From sequence record NC_054916.1: 64,000 nt of DNA. One strand, 5' to 3'. Source of the stretch: Escherichia phage vB_EcoM-G28. The translations under genes were made by a program, and so were the position numbers. This document shows positions 43,954 through 55,794 of this stretch, one piece after another. Numbering within the stretch: position 1 is the stretch's first letter; every line of letters starts with the position of its first letter. The notes beneath the pieces are model-generated. The model was not told where the DNA came from. It saw nothing but the letters and a program-made list of their open reading frames with translations, and ran no database searches.

Positions 43954-44871
43954 TCAAAATTCATTAATGCTATTAGTTAATTTAGAAAGACCCGCTTTTA
44001 CAAAATATGAATAAATTTTGCCACGCGGTGGTAATTTATATGAATTATAGTAATTCACAATGTTTGAAGCAATATTATCAGGAATATAATCAAAGTCAAT
44101 TAGAACTAAATTTTCTTTATATCGATTATATTCAGATTCAGTGAGAAGCACCTTAGCTTGCTCACGGTCATTAGCAATAGCTTCAACAATAGAAGTTTTC
44201 ATTGAAGGAGTTCGTTCACCTTCAACTCTGGTAAACCAAAAGTCAGATCGCACTTTAACTGAAGCGACGTTATCTTTTTTGTCGCCTTTAAGGATTTTAG
44301 TCATACAGTCAATTTCAGCAGAACCGCTTTTAATTTTAACCCATTTCTTGTGCATCGGTGACCATTGCTTAACATTTGGGTATTTGTGAAGTTGAGTAAA
44401 GTCACCATCCGACGAAATGATTAAAATCTTATGTCCTTCTAAAGAGAACTTTTTAACAAGAACAGCAATGTGGTCATCTGCTTCATACTTATCAATATCC
44501 ATAACAATGTATGGCATATAAGCTTTCAATTCATCTATAACTTTATGGCTGGATTCAAAATAACCTTCCCAGTCCCAAGTAGATTCTTCTCGTGCTTTTC
44601 CACGGTTTTTCTTATAGTAATAAGCGAAATCACGGCGCCAATATCCCGATTTTGCGTTATCGATACACAGTACAATTTTAGTGTATCCAAGAGTTTTTGC
44701 TTTTTTGACATTAAACTTAATTGAGTTCAATATCAAATGACGAACCATTGATAAATTAATTTTTTCTTTATCTGGGAAGTTTACTAGAGCAGTCGAAAGT
44801 GCAATTTGACTAAAGTCAATTAAGCAGATTCCTTCTTTGTAATCTTCATCCAGCATCATTTCTAAATCCAT
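43954..44871 (-). CDS. rnh: RNase H (5'-3' exonuclease, FEN family)
   Basis: 305 aa from MDLEMM; sequence recognised. Confidence 0.9.
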   Translation of the reverse strand: MDLEMMLDEDYKEGICLIDFSQIALSTALVNFPDKEKINLSMVRHLILNSIKFNVKKAKTLGYTKIVLCIDNAKSGYWRRDFAYYYKKNRGKAREESTWDWEGYFESSHKVIDELKAYMPYIVMDIDKYEADDHIAVLVKKFSLEGHKILIISSDGDFTQLHKYPNVKQWSPMHKKWVKIKSGSAEIDCMTKILKGDKKDNVASVKVRSDFWFTRVEGERTPSMKTSIVEAIANDREQAKVLLTESEYNRYKENLVLIDFDYIPDNIASNIVNYYNSYKLPPRGKIYSYFVKAGLSKLTNSINEF

Positions 44872-44933
44872 ATGAACCTCGTTCAATTAGTGAGATTTCT
44901 ATTATATACTATCCAAATCTTAAAGTAAACAAG

Positions 44934-44941
44934 TATAAATA
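44934..44941 (+). promoter_or_regulatory. Late promoter TATAAATA for gene 34
   Basis: Exact octamer about 35 nt upstream of the ATG. Confidence 0.65.
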
Positions 44942-44975
44942 CTTATTATTGAAAACACAATAGGAGCCCGGGAGA

Positions 44976-47900
44976 ATGGCCGAGATTAAAAGAAAGTTCA
45001 GAGCAGAAGATGGTCTGGACGCAGGTGGCGATAAAATAATCAACGTAGCTTTAGCTGATCGTGCCGTAGGAACTGACGGTGTTAACGTTGATTACCTAAT
45101 TCAAGAAAACACAGTTCAACAATACGATCCAACTCGTGGATATTTAAAAGATTTTGTAATCATTTATGATAACCGCTTTTGGGCTGCTATAAATGATATT
45201 CCAAAACCAGCAGGAGCTTTTAATAGTGTACGCTGGAGAGCATTACGTACTGATGCTAATTGGACAACTGTTTCATCAGGACCTTATCAATTAAAGTCAG
45301 GCGAATCAATTTCAGTTGATACTGCAGCTGGTAATGACATTACATTTACTTTACCATCTTCTCCAATTGATGGAGATACTATCGTTCTTCAAGATATTGG
45401 TGGAAAACCTGGTGTTAACCAAGTTTTAATTACAGCTCCGGTGCAAAGCATTGTAAATTTTAGAGGTCAGCAAGTACGATCAGTACTAATGACTCATCCA
45501 AAATCACAGATAGTTTTAATTTTTAGTAATCGTCTGTGGCAAATGTATGTTGCTGATTATAGTAGAGAAGCTGTAGTCGTAACACCGGCAAGTCTTTATC
45601 AGGCGCAATCTAACGATTTTATCGTGCGCAGATTTACTTCTGCTTCAGCAATTAATATTAAACTTCCAAGATTTGCTAATCATGGCGATATTATTAATTT
45701 CGTTGATTTAGATAAACTGAATCCACTTTATCATACAATTGTTACTACATACGATGAAACTACTTCAATACAAGAAGATGGAACTCATTCTATTGAAGGT
45801 CGTACATCGATTGATGGTTTCTTAATGTATGATGATAATGAAAAATTGTGGAGATTGTTTGACGGGGATAGTAAAGCACGTTTACGTATTATAACAACTA
45901 ATTCTAGTATTCGTCCAAATGAAGAAGTTATGGTATTTGGAGCAAATAACGGAACAACCCAAACAATTGAACTTCAGCTTCCAACCGATATTTCCATTGG
46001 TGATACTGTTAAAATTTCCATGAATTATATGAGAAAAGGACAAACAGTTAAAATCAAAGCTGCCGGTGAAGATAAAATTGCTTCTTCAGTTCAATTGCTG
46101 CAATTCCCAAAACGTTCAGAGTATCCGCCTGAAACTAAATGGGTGACTGTTCAAGAATTAGTTTTTAACGGCGAAACTAATTATGTTCCAGTTTTACAGC
46201 TTGCTTACATAGAAGATTCTGATGGAAAATACTGGGTTGTGCAACAAAACGTTCCAACAGTTGAAAGAGTTGATTCTTTAAATGATTCTACTAGAGCAAG
46301 ATTAGGCGTAATAGCTTTAGCTACACAAGCTCAAGCAAATGCTGATTTAGAAAATTCTCCGCAAAAAGAATTAGCAATTACACCAGAAACATTAGCTAAC
46401 CGTACTGCTACAGAAACTCGTAGAGGTATCGCAAGAATAGCAACTACTGCCCAAGTGAACCAGGATACTACATTCTCTTTTGCTGATGATATTATCATCA
46501 CTCCTAAAAAGCTGAATGAAAGAACTGCTACAGAAACTCGTAGAGGTGTTGCTGAAATTGCGACGCAGCAAGAAACTAACGCAGGTACTGATGATACTAC
46601 AATCATCACTCCTAAAAAGCTTCAAGCTCGACAAGGTTCTGAATCATTATCTGGTATTGTAACCTTTGTATCTACTGCAGGAGCTACTCCAGCTTCTAGC
46701 CGTGAATTAAATGGTACAAACGTTTATAATAAAAACACTAATAATTTAGTTGTTTCGCCTAAAGCTTTGGATCAGTATAAAGCTACTCCAACCCAACAAG
46801 GTGCAGTAATTTTAGCAGTTGAAAGTGAAGTAATTGCTGGACAGAGTCAAGAAGGATGGGCAAATGCGGTTGTAACGCCAGAAACGTTACATAAAAAGAC
46901 ATCAACTGATGCAAGAATTGGTTTAATTGAAATTGCTACGCAAAGTGAAGTTAATACAGGAACTGATTATACTCGCGCAGTCACTCCTAAAACTTTAAAT
47001 GACCGTAAAGCAACTGAAAGTTTAAGTGGTATAGCTGAAATTGCTACGCAAGTTGAATTCGACGCAGGCGTCGACGATACTCGTATCTCTACACCATTAA
47101 AAATTAAAACCAGATTTAATAGTACTGATCGTACTTCTGTTGTTGCTCTATCTGGATTAGTTGAATCAGGAACTCTCTGGGACCATTATACCCTTAATAT
47201 TCTTGAAGCAAATGAGACACAACGTGGTACACTTCGTGTAGCTACACAAGTTGAAGCTGCTGCAGGAACATTAGATAATGTTTTAATAACTCCTAAAAAG
47301 CTTTTAGGTACTAAATCTACTGAAGCACAGGAAGGCGTTATTAAAGTTGCAACTCAGTCTGAAACTGTAGCTGGAACGTCAGCAAATACTGCTGTATCTC
47401 CAAAAAATTTAAAATGGATTGTGCAGAGTGAACCTACTTGGGCAGCTACTACCCTGGTAAGAGGTTTTGTTAAAACTTCATCTGGTTCAATTACATTCGT
47501 TGGTAATGATACAGTTGGTTCAACACAGTCATTAGAATTATACGAGAAAAATAGCTATGCAGTATCACCATATGAATTAAACCGTGTATTAGCAAATTAT
47601 TTGCCGTTAAAAGCAAAAGCCGTAGATAGTAATTTACTGGATGGTCTAGATTCATCTCAGTTCATTCGTAGGGATATTGCACAAACGGTTAATGGTTCAC
47701 TAACCTTAACACAACAAACGAATCTGAGTGCCCCTCTTGTATCATCTAGTACTGCTACGTTTGGTGGATCAGTTTCAGCAAATAGTACACTAACCATTTC
47801 TAATACTGATGGAATAGCAACTCGTCTGATTTTTGAGAAAGGACCTCAAACTGGAACGAACCCGGCTCAAACGATGACAGTCAGCGTGTGGGGGAATCAA

Positions 47901-48848
47901 TTTAGTGGGGAATCAAACACAACACGTTCTACCGTATTTGAAGTTAGTGATGAAACATCTTATCACTTTTATTCTCAACGCGATAAAGATGGTAATATAG
48001 CATTTAGCATTAATGGTACTGTAATGCCAATAAATGTGAATGCTTTAGGTTCTTTGAACGCGAACGGCGTTGCAACATTTGGTAGTTCAGTTACTGCTAA
48101 TGGCGAATTTATCAGTAAATCGTCGAATGCTTTTAGAGCAATAAACGGTGATTATGGATTCTTTATTCGTAATGATGCTGCTAACACCTATTTTATGCTT
48201 ACTGCATCTGGTGATCAGACTGGTGGATTTAATGGATTACGTCCATTATCAATTAATAATCAATCTGGTCAGGTTACAATTGGTGAAAGCTTAATCATTG
48301 CCAAAGGTGCTACTATAACTTCAGGTGGTTTAACTGTCAACTCGAGAATTCGTTCTCAAGGTACTAAAACTGCTGACCTATACACCCGTGCACCAACATC
48401 TGATACTGTAGGATTCTGGTCAATTGACATTAATGATTCAGCTACTTATAACCAGTTCCCGGGTTATTTTAAAATGGTTGAAAAAACTAATGAAGTGACT
48501 GGACTTCCATACTTAGAACGTGGCGAAGAAGTTAAATCTCCTGGTACGCTGACTCAGTTTGGTAACACACTCGATTCGCTTTACCAAGATTGGATTACTT
48601 ATCCAACGACCCCAGAAGCGCGCACCACTCGCTGGACGCGTACATGGCAGAAAACCAAAAACTCTTGGTCAAGTTTTGTTCAGGTATTTGATGGGGGTAA
48701 CCCTCCTCAGCCATCTGATATCGGTGCTTTACCATCTGATAATGCTATAATGGGGAATCTTACTATTCGTGATTTCTTACGAATTGGTAATGTTCGCATT
48801 ATTCCTGACCCAGTGAATAAAACGGTTAAATTTGAATGGGTTGAATAA
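44976..48848 (+). CDS. 34: Long tail fibre proximal subunit gp34
   Basis: 1290 aa with internal TPKKL-type repeats; synteny. Confidence 0.92.
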   Translation: MAEIKRKFRAEDGLDAGGDKIINVALADRAVGTDGVNVDYLIQENTVQQYDPTRGYLKDFVIIYDNRFWAAINDIPKPAGAFNSVRWRALRTDANWTTVSSGPYQLKSGESISVDTAAGNDITFTLPSSPIDGDTIVLQDIGGKPGVNQVLITAPVQSIVNFRGQQVRSVLMTHPKSQIVLIFSNRLWQMYVADYSREAVVVTPASLYQAQSNDFIVRRFTSASAINIKLPRFANHGDIINFVDLDKLNPLYHTIVTTYDETTSIQEDGTHSIEGRTSIDGFLMYDDNEKLWRLFDGDSKARLRIITTNSSIRPNEEVMVFGANNGTTQTIELQLPTDISIGDTVKISMNYMRKGQTVKIKAAGEDKIASSVQLLQFPKRSEYPPETKWVTVQELVFNGETNYVPVLQLAYIEDSDGKYWVVQQNVPTVERVDSLNDSTRARLGVIALATQAQANADLENSPQKELAITPETLANRTATETRRGIARIATTAQVNQDTTFSFADDIIITPKKLNERTATETRRGVAEIATQQETNAGTDDTTIITPKKLQARQGSESLSGIVTFVSTAGATPASSRELNGTNVYNKNTNNLVVSPKALDQYKATPTQQGAVILAVESEVIAGQSQEGWANAVVTPETLHKKTSTDARIGLIEIATQSEVNTGTDYTRAVTPKTLNDRKATESLSGIAEIATQVEFDAGVDDTRISTPLKIKTRFNSTDRTSVVALSGLVESGTLWDHYTLNILEANETQRGTLRVATQVEAAAGTLDNVLITPKKLLGTKSTEAQEGVIKVATQSETVAGTSANTAVSPKNLKWIVQSEPTWAATTLVRGFVKTSSGSITFVGNDTVGSTQSLELYEKNSYAVSPYELNRVLANYLPLKAKAVDSNLLDGLDSSQFIRRDIAQTVNGSLTLTQQTNLSAPLVSSSTATFGGSVSANSTLTISNTDGIATRLIFEKGPQTGTNPAQTMTVSVWGNQFSGESNTTRSTVFEVSDETSYHFYSQRDKDGNIAFSINGTVMPINVNALGSLNANGVATFGSSVTANGEFISKSSNAFRAINGDYGFFIRNDAANTYFMLTASGDQTGGFNGLRPLSINNQSGQVTIGESLIIAKGATITSGGLTVNSRIRSQGTKTADLYTRAPTSDTVGFWSIDINDSATYNQFPGYFKMVEKTNEVTGLPYLERGEEVKSPGTLTQFGNTLDSLYQDWITYPTTPEARTTRWTRTWQKTKNSWSSFVQVFDGGNPPQPSDIGALPSDNAIMGNLTIRDFLRIGNVRIIPDPVNKTVKFEWVE

Positions 48849-48856
48849 GAGGTATT

Positions 48857-49972
48857 ATGGAAAAATTTATGGCAGAGTTTGGACAAGGATATGTCCAAAC
48901 GCCATTTTTATCGGAAAGTAATTCAGTAAGATATAAAATAAGTATAGCGGGTTCTTGCCCTCTTTCTGCAGCAGGACCATATGTTAAATTTCAGGATAAT
49001 CCTATCGGAAGCCAAACATTTAACGCAGGTCTTCATTTAAGAGTTTTTGACCCTTCTACAGGAGCATTAGTTGATAGTAAGTCATATGCTTTTTCGACTT
49101 CAAACGATACTACATCAGCTGCTTTTGTCAGTTTCATGAATTCTTTTTCAAACAACAGACTTGTTGCTATATTAACCAGTGGAAAGGTTAATTTTCCTCC
49201 TGAAGTAGTATCTTGGCTAAGAACCGCAGGAACGTCTGCTTTTCCATCTGATTCTATATTGTCAAGATTTGACGTATCATATGCCGCTTTTTACACTTCT
49301 TCTAAAAGAGCTATTGCATTAGAACATGTTAAACTAAGTAATAGAAAAAGTACAGACGATTATCAAACTATTTTAGATGTTGTATTTGACAGTTTAGAAG
49401 ACGTTGGAGCTACAGGATTTCCTAAAAGAACATATGAAAGTGTTGAGCAATTTATGTCAGCGGTTGGTGGAACTAATAACGAAATTGCACGTTTACCAAC
49501 TTCATCCGCGATAAGTAAACTCTCTGATTATAATTTAATTCCTGGCGATGTTCTTTATCTTAAAGCACAGTTATATGCTGATGCCGATTTACTTGCTCTT
49601 GGAACTACAAATATATCTATCCGTTTTTATGATGAATCGAATGGATATATTTCTTCAACACATGCTGAGTTTACTGGACAAGCTGGGTCATGGGAATTAA
49701 AGGAAGATTATGTAGTTATTCCAGAAACCGCAGCGGGATTTACAATATATGCACAAAGAACTGCTCAAGCTGGTCAAGGTGGCATGAGAAATTTAAGCTT
49801 TTCTGAAGTATCAAGAAATGGCGGAATTTCAAAACCTGCTGAATTTGGCGTCAATGGCATTCGAGTTAATTATGTCTGTGAATCTGCTTCACCTCCAGAT
49901 ATAATGGTACTTCCTACGCAAGCATCGTCTAAAACTGGTAAAGTGTTTGGACAAGAATTTAGAGAAGTTTAA
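48857..49972 (+). CDS. 35: Long tail fibre hinge protein gp35
   Basis: 371 aa; synteny. Confidence 0.8.
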   Translation: MEKFMAEFGQGYVQTPFLSESNSVRYKISIAGSCPLSAAGPYVKFQDNPIGSQTFNAGLHLRVFDPSTGALVDSKSYAFSTSNDTTSAAFVSFMNSFSNNRLVAILTSGKVNFPPEVVSWLRTAGTSAFPSDSILSRFDVSYAAFYTSSKRAIALEHVKLSNRKSTDDYQTILDVVFDSLEDVGATGFPKRTYESVEQFMSAVGGTNNEIARLPTSSAISKLSDYNLIPGDVLYLKAQLYADADLLALGTTNISIRFYDESNGYISSTHAEFTGQAGSWELKEDYVVIPETAAGFTIYAQRTAQAGQGGMRNLSFSEVSRNGGISKPAEFGVNGIRVNYVCESASPPDIMVLPTQASSKTGKVFGQEFREV

Positions 49973-49977
49973 ATTGA

Positions 49978-50001
49978 GGGAGCCTTCGGGTTCCCTTTTT
50001 C
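49978..50001 (+). terminator. GGGAGCC-TTCG-GGTTCCC hairpin plus T-run after gene 35
   Basis: 7-bp stem with one G-U pair, UUCG loop, TTTTTC. Confidence 0.65.
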
Positions 50002-50003
50002 TT

Positions 50004-50011
50004 TATAAATA
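50004..50011 (+). promoter_or_regulatory. Late promoter TATAAATA for genes 36-38
   Basis: Exact octamer about 24 nt upstream of the gene 36 ATG. Confidence 0.65.
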
Positions 50012-50034
50012 CTATTAAAATAAAGGGGCATACA

Positions 50035-50691
50035 ATGGCTGATTTAAAAGTAGGTTCAACAACTGGAGGCTCTGTCATTTGGCATCAAGGAAATTTTCCA
50101 TTGAATCCAGCCGGTGACGATGTACTCTATAAATCATTTAAAATATATTCAGAATACAATAAACCACAAGCTGCTGATAACGATTTCGTTTCTAAAGCTA
50201 ATGGTGGTACTTATTTAAATAGAGTAATTTTTAATAATGGAATAACGATTCCATTAGCAAGTAATTCTGGAAATGGTATATATCCTGGTAATGATGATGG
50301 AGCAACATTTGATACTACAAATATGGATATTGTTTCGTGGTATGGTATTGGTTTTAAATCATCACAAGGAACAGCAGGTAGAACTGTAGTAATTAACACG
50401 CGAAATGGAGATATTAGCTCAAAGGGTGTAATTGAAGCATCACAAATACGCGCAACTTCATTATCTCCAGTAAATAATTATGACCTTACAAGGAAAGATT
50501 ATGTTGATGGAGCAATAAATATTGTTACAGCAAACGCAAACTCTAGAGTATTACGCTCTGGAGATACTATGACAGGAAATTTAACTGCGCCAAACCTTTT
50601 TTCACAGAATCCTGCATCTCAACCTTCGCATGTTCCACGATTTGATCAAATTGTTATTAAGGATTCTGTTCAAGATTTCGGCTATTATTAA
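50035..50691 (+). CDS. 36: Long tail fibre distal connector gp36
   Basis: 218 aa; synteny. Confidence 0.8.
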   Translation: MADLKVGSTTGGSVIWHQGNFPLNPAGDDVLYKSFKIYSEYNKPQAADNDFVSKANGGTYLNRVIFNNGITIPLASNSGNGIYPGNDDGATFDTTNMDIVSWYGIGFKSSQGTAGRTVVINTRNGDISSKGVIEASQIRATSLSPVNNYDLTRKDYVDGAINIVTANANSRVLRSGDTMTGNLTAPNLFSQNPASQPSHVPRFDQIVIKDSVQDFGYY

Positions 50692-50699
50692 GAGGACTT

Positions 50700-53600
50700 A
50701 TGGCTACTTTAAAACAAATACAATTTAAAAGAAGCAAAACTGCAGGAGCACGTCCTGCCGCTTCAGTATTAGCCGAAGGTGAATTGGCTATAAACTTAAA
50801 AGACCGCGTACTTTTTACTAAAGACGACCAAGGAAATATTATTGATCTGGGTTTTGCTAAAGGCGGTAGCATTGACGGGAATGTTATTCATACAGGAAAC
50901 TATAATCAAACTGGTGATTATACTTTAAATGGCACTTTCACTCAGACAGGTAATTTTAATTTAACTGGTATTGCTCGAGTAACTCGCGATATTATTGCCG
51001 CCGGGCAGATTATGACCGAAGGCGGAGAACTTATTACAAAAAGTTCAGGTACAGCACATGTTCGTTTTCATGATTCAGCTGATCGTGAACGTGGAATCAT
51101 TTATGCCCCGGCTAATGATGGATTAACTACGCAAGTAGTTAATATCCGCGTTCAAGACTACGCCGCTGGTGATGAAAGCACCTATGCATTTTCAGGCAGT
51201 GGCCTATTTACTTCACCTGAAGTATCAGCATGGAAATCTATGTCAACTCCTCAGATTTTGACAAATAGAGTTATTACTAATAATAAATCTACGAGCGATT
51301 ATGACATTTATTCTATGGCAGACAACGTTCCATTGTCTGAAAGCACTACTGCTATTAATCATCTCCGTGTTATGCGCAATGCTGTAGGCGCTGGTGTATT
51401 CCATGAAGTTAAAGATAATGATGGAATAACTTGGTATACTGGAGATGGCTTAGACACTTATCTTTGGTCGTTTACCTGGTCCGGTGGATTGAAAGCAGGC
51501 CATTCTATTTCTGTTGGTACTCCTGGTGGCAATAAAGGATACTCTGAATTAGGGACTGCTTCAATTTCTCTTGGCGATAATGATACCGGGCTAAAATGGC
51601 ATCAGGATGGATATTATTTCAGCGTCAATAATGGAACGAAAACATTTTTATTTAGCCCTAGCGAAACAACTAGCCTAAGAAAATTTGTAGCTGGATATTC
51701 TACTAATGGAACAGATTTAACTACTCCTCCGACTGAAAACTATGCATTAGCCACTGTTGTTACTTACCATGATAATAACGCGTATGGTGACGGTCAAACT
51801 CTTTTAGGTTATTATCAGGGCGGTAATTATCACCACTATTTCCGCGGTAAGGGTACTACAAACATTAATACTCATGGCGGTTTGTTAGTTACTCCAGGCA
51901 ATATTGACGTTATTGGTGGTTCGGTTAATATTGATGGTCGTAATAATGCTTCTACGCTGTTGTTTAGAGGTAACACAACTGGTGCTAGTTCAGTTGATAA
52001 TATGACAATTTCTGTATGGGGTAATACCTTTACTAATCCTAGTGTAGGTAATCGTAAAAACGTTATGGAAATTTCTGACGCAACTAGTTGGATGAGCTAT
52101 ATTCAAAGACTTACTACCGGTGAAGTAGAAATGAACGTCAATGGTTCATTTGAATCATCTGGTGTTACTGCTGGAAATAGAGGAGTTCACACAACAGGCG
52201 AAATTTCATCTGGAGCAGTGAATGCGCTTCGCATTTGGAACGCAGATTATGGAGCCATTTTTAGACGTTCAGAAGGCAGTCTTCATATTATTCCAACTGC
52301 TTACGGTGAAGGTAAACATGGTGATATCGGTCCACTTCGCCCGTTTAGTATGGCTTTAGATACCGGTAAAGTTACTATTCCAGATTTACAATCAAGTTAC
52401 AATACGTTTGCTGCTAACGGTTATATTAAATTTGTTGGTCATGGAGCGGGTGCCGGCGGTTATGACATTCAATATGCTCAAGCGGCTCCTATTTTCCAGG
52501 AAATTGATGATGATGCTATAAGCAAATATTATCCTATTGTTAAACAGAAGTTTTTAAACGGTAAATGCGTTTGGTCTTTAGGTACTGAAATTAATTCGGG
52601 TACATTTGTTTTACACCATATCAAAGAAGATGGATCACAAGGCCATACATCTCGTTTTAATCAAGACGGCACAGTTAATTTCCCTGATAATGTTCAGGTT
52701 GGTGGTGGTGAAGCTACTATTGCTCGCAATGGTAACATCTGGTCTGATATCTGGAAAACGTTTACTTCTGCCGGTGATACTACAAATATTCGCGATGCTA
52801 TTGCGACTCGTGTTTCGAAAGAAGGCGACACGATGACTGGCAAATTAATCGTTAAAAGAGACTCCGACGCTATTAACTTAGCTGCGCCTTCAGCGACTGA
52901 TGCAAGTTACCTTCTTTCTACTGGCGGTGGAGAAAATCAATGGTATATTGGTAAAGGCGGCGCTGATAATACCGTATCATTTTACAACTATAAAACCAAT
53001 GGGGCTGTGCAAATTAACTCTATTGGTGAAATCGCGCTGATTCCACAAGGTGCTGCAACATTTAACTTTAACCGCGATCGTCTCCATATAAATGGGACTC
53101 AATGGACTGCACATCAAGCTGGTGACTGGGTTAACCAATGGCATCAAGAAGCTCCTATATTTGTGGATTTTGGTAGTGTCGGCAATGACTGCTATTATCC
53201 TATTATTAAAGGAAAATCTGTTATTACGAATGAAGGATACGTATCTGGTGTTGATTTCGGTATGCGCCGTATCACTAACCAATGGGCTCAGGCTATTATC
53301 CGTGTTGGTAACCAGGAAAATGCTAGCGATCCGCAAGCTATCTTCGAATTCCACCATAATGGAAACATGTACGTTCCTGACATGGTTAAAGCTGGAGTAA
53401 GATTATCAGCTGGTGGAGGTGACCCTGCATGGACAGGCGCATGTGTTGTTATTGGTGATAATGACACTGGGTTAGTTCATGGCGGTGATGGACGAATTAA
53501 CATGGTTGCAAATGGAGTGCATATTGCTTCATGGTCGTCCGCTTACCATCTCCATGAAGGTCTTTGGGATACTACTGGTGCTTTGTGGACTGAACACGGA

Positions 53601-54014
53601 AGAGCTATTATTTCTTTTGGTCATTTAATCCAACAAAGCGATGCCTATTCCACATTTGTCCGCGATGTTTATGTCCGTTCTGATATTCGTGTTAAAAAAG
53701 ACCTTGTTAAATTTGAAAATGCTTCTGAGAAGCTTTCTAAAATTAACGGTTACACTTATATGCAGAAGCGAGGCCTAGATGAAGAAGGCAATCAGAAATG
53801 GGAACCTAACGCCGGTTTGATAGCTCAAGAAGTTCAAGCTATTTTGCCTGAATTAGTTGAAGGTGACCCTGATGGCGAAGCTTTACTTCGTTTGAACTAT
53901 AACGGTGTAATTGGTTTAAATACGGCTGCAATCAATGAGCATACTGCAGAAATTGCGGAACTTAAATCAGAAATTGAAGAACTTAAAGCATTAGTTAAAT
54001 CATTGTTAAAATAA
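50700..54014 (+). CDS. 37: Long tail fibre distal subunit gp37 (1104 aa) with C-terminal intramolecular-chaperone-type domain
   Basis: Synteny; C-terminal ~110 aa resembles self-cleaving chaperone domains of T2-type fibres. Confidence 0.88.
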   Translation: MATLKQIQFKRSKTAGARPAASVLAEGELAINLKDRVLFTKDDQGNIIDLGFAKGGSIDGNVIHTGNYNQTGDYTLNGTFTQTGNFNLTGIARVTRDIIAAGQIMTEGGELITKSSGTAHVRFHDSADRERGIIYAPANDGLTTQVVNIRVQDYAAGDESTYAFSGSGLFTSPEVSAWKSMSTPQILTNRVITNNKSTSDYDIYSMADNVPLSESTTAINHLRVMRNAVGAGVFHEVKDNDGITWYTGDGLDTYLWSFTWSGGLKAGHSISVGTPGGNKGYSELGTASISLGDNDTGLKWHQDGYYFSVNNGTKTFLFSPSETTSLRKFVAGYSTNGTDLTTPPTENYALATVVTYHDNNAYGDGQTLLGYYQGGNYHHYFRGKGTTNINTHGGLLVTPGNIDVIGGSVNIDGRNNASTLLFRGNTTGASSVDNMTISVWGNTFTNPSVGNRKNVMEISDATSWMSYIQRLTTGEVEMNVNGSFESSGVTAGNRGVHTTGEISSGAVNALRIWNADYGAIFRRSEGSLHIIPTAYGEGKHGDIGPLRPFSMALDTGKVTIPDLQSSYNTFAANGYIKFVGHGAGAGGYDIQYAQAAPIFQEIDDDAISKYYPIVKQKFLNGKCVWSLGTEINSGTFVLHHIKEDGSQGHTSRFNQDGTVNFPDNVQVGGGEATIARNGNIWSDIWKTFTSAGDTTNIRDAIATRVSKEGDTMTGKLIVKRDSDAINLAAPSATDASYLLSTGGGENQWYIGKGGADNTVSFYNYKTNGAVQINSIGEIALIPQGAATFNFNRDRLHINGTQWTAHQAGDWVNQWHQEAPIFVDFGSVGNDCYYPIIKGKSVITNEGYVSGVDFGMRRITNQWAQAIIRVGNQENASDPQAIFEFHHNGNMYVPDMVKAGVRLSAGGGDPAWTGACVVIGDNDTGLVHGGDGRINMVANGVHIASWSSAYHLHEGLWDTTGALWTEHGRAIISFGHLIQQSDAYSTFVRDVYVRSDIRVKKDLVKFENASEKLSKINGYTYMQKRGLDEEGNQKWEPNAGLIAQEVQAILPELVEGDPDGEALLRLNYNGVIGLNTAAINEHTAEIAELKSEIEELKALVKSLLK

Positions 54015-54033
54015 TAAGAGGGACTTCGGCCCC

Positions 54034-54822
54034 TTGGAGGTTTATATGGCAGTAACAGGACCGTGGGTAGGATCGTCTGCAGTAGTTAATACAGGACAAA
54101 ATTGGATGAGTGGCGCGGCCCAACGATTAAGAATGGGTGCTCCATTTTGGATGAGTAATATGATAGGTCGATCTGTTGAAGTAATTCATACGCTTGGAGC
54201 AGACCATAACTTCAATGGCCAATGGTTCCGAGATAGATGTTTTGAGGCAGGTAGTGCACCTATAGTGTTTAATATTACTGGAGATTTAGTATCATATTCT
54301 AAAGATGTTCCTTTATTCTTTATGTATGGAGATACACCGAATGAATATGTTCAATTGAATATACATGGTGTAACGATGTATGGCCGTGGCGGTAATGGCG
54401 GTAGCAATAGTCCTGGCTCAGCTGGGGGTCATTGTATTCAAAATGATATTGGTGGGAGACTAAGAATTAATAATGGCGGAGCTATTGCTGGCGGCGGTGG
54501 CGGCGGCGGCGGCGGATATTATTCTCCTTTTTCACAAATGAGATTGACCTTTGGCGGTGGTGGCGGTCGTCCGTTTGGCGCGCCGGGCGGATCTATTGAT
54601 ATGCAATCAGGAGCAACTGCTGGTACTATTTCTGCACCAGGCTCAGGGTCTGTGAACGGTATCTATAGCGGCGGGTCTGGTGGTGAAGTTGGCTCCGCAG
54701 GAGGTAGATGTAATATTCGTGGTCAAGGATCTGAATACGATGGCGGAGCTGCTGGTTATGCCGTCATAGGGTCTACGCCGACGTGGCAAAACGTTGGAGC
54801 AATATATGGTCCAAGAGTATAA
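54034..54822 (+). CDS. 38: Receptor-recognising adhesin gp38, T2/T6 type
   Basis: 262 aa with glycine-rich motifs ([39 protein letters not shown]) separating variable segments. Confidence 0.85.
   Translation: MEVYMAVTGPWVGSSAVVNTGQNWMSGAAQRLRMGAPFWMSNMIGRSVEVIHTLGADHNFNGQWFRDRCFEAGSAPIVFNITGDLVSYSKDVPLFFMYGDTPNEYVQLNIHGVTMYGRGGNGGSNSPGSAGGHCIQNDIGGRLRINNGGAIAGGGGGGGGGYYSPFSQMRLTFGGGGGRPFGAPGGSIDMQSGATAGTISAPGSGSVNGIYSGGSGGEVGSAGGRCNIRGQGSEYDGGAAGYAVIGSTPTWQNVGAIYGPRV
54490..54516 (+). repeat. (GGC)n trinucleotide tract encoding Gly9 inside gp38
   Basis: ggc ggc ggt ggc ggc ggc ggc ggc gga, in frame. Confidence 0.85.
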
Positions 54823-54852
54823 TTTGAATAAATATCCTTAAAAGGAGGGTCT

Positions 54853-55509
54853 ATGGCAGCACCTAGAATATCATTTTCGCCCTCTGATATTCTGTTGGGT
54901 GTTCTAGATCGCTTGTTCAAAGATAACGCTACCGGGAAGGTTCTTGCTTCCCGAGTAGCTGTCGTAATTCTTTTATTTATGATGGCGATTGTTTGGTATA
55001 GGGGAGATAGTTTCTTTGAGTACTATAAGCAATCAAAGTATGAAACATACAGTGAAATTATTGAAAAGGAAAGAAATGCACGCTTTGAATCTGTCGCCCT
55101 GGAACAACTCCAGATAGTTCATATATCATCTGAGGCAGACTTTAGTGCGGTGTATTCTTTCCGCCCTAAAAACTTAAACTATTTTGTTGATATTATAGCA
55201 TATGAAGGAAAATTACCTTCAACAATAAGCGAAAAATCACTCGGAGGATATCCTGTTGATAAAACTATGGATGAATATACAGTTCATTTAAATGGACGTC
55301 ATTATTATTCCGACTCAAAATTTGCTTTTTTGCCAACTAAAAAGCCTACTCCCGAAATAAATTACATGTACAGTTGTCCATATTTTAATTTGGATAATAT
55401 CTATGCTGGAACAATAACCATGTACTGGTATAGAAATGATCATATAAGTAATGACCGCCTTGAATCAATATGTGCTCAGGCGGCCAGAATATTAGGAAGG
55501 GCTAAATAA
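54853..55509 (+). CDS. t: Holin T
   Basis: 218 aa; single TM segment; sequence recognised as T4 holin. Confidence 0.92.
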   Translation: MAAPRISFSPSDILLGVLDRLFKDNATGKVLASRVAVVILLFMMAIVWYRGDSFFEYYKQSKYETYSEIIEKERNARFESVALEQLQIVHISSEADFSAVYSFRPKNLNYFVDIIAYEGKLPSTISEKSLGGYPVDKTMDEYTVHLNGRHYYSDSKFAFLPTKKPTPEINYMYSCPYFNLDNIYAGTITMYWYRNDHISNDRLESICAQAARILGRAK

Positions 55510-55782
55510 TTATTTGTTCGTATACATCTCTAGATATCGATATACACCCTCAAAACCCTCGTTGAATTCGTCGATGAGGGTTTTCTTATCTTCTTGGGTT
55601 AATTCAGAAACAATTTTACGGAATGAATTCTGATTTAACTTTCTACCTTCATGCGTTACTCCAATCTCATTCAGAAATGCAATAAAATTAGCACGATTCT
55701 CAACAATATCTTCTCTGGAAAATTTAATCAAAATAGACGCAACAGTAATAATTTCACGAACTGTATCAATGTTTTTATTCAT
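55510..55782 (-). CDS. asiA: Anti-sigma70 factor AsiA
   Basis: 90 aa; sequence recognised (MNKNIDTVREIITVASILIKFSRED...). Confidence 0.92.
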   Translation of the reverse strand: MNKNIDTVREIITVASILIKFSREDIVENRANFIAFLNEIGVTHEGRKLNQNSFRKIVSELTQEDKKTLIDEFNEGFEGVYRYLEMYTNK

Positions 55783-55794
55783 TAACTATACCAC

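Noticed and set aside
46331-46634. Minus-strand ORFs of 92 and 80 aa inside gene 34
   Set aside because: They lie antisense within the repetitive part of the long tail fibre gene; shadow ORFs typical of repeat-rich coding sequence.
52977-53400. 126-aa minus-strand and 102-aa plus-strand ORFs inside gene 37
   Set aside because: Embedded in the long tail fibre coding region without independent expression signals; likely spurious.
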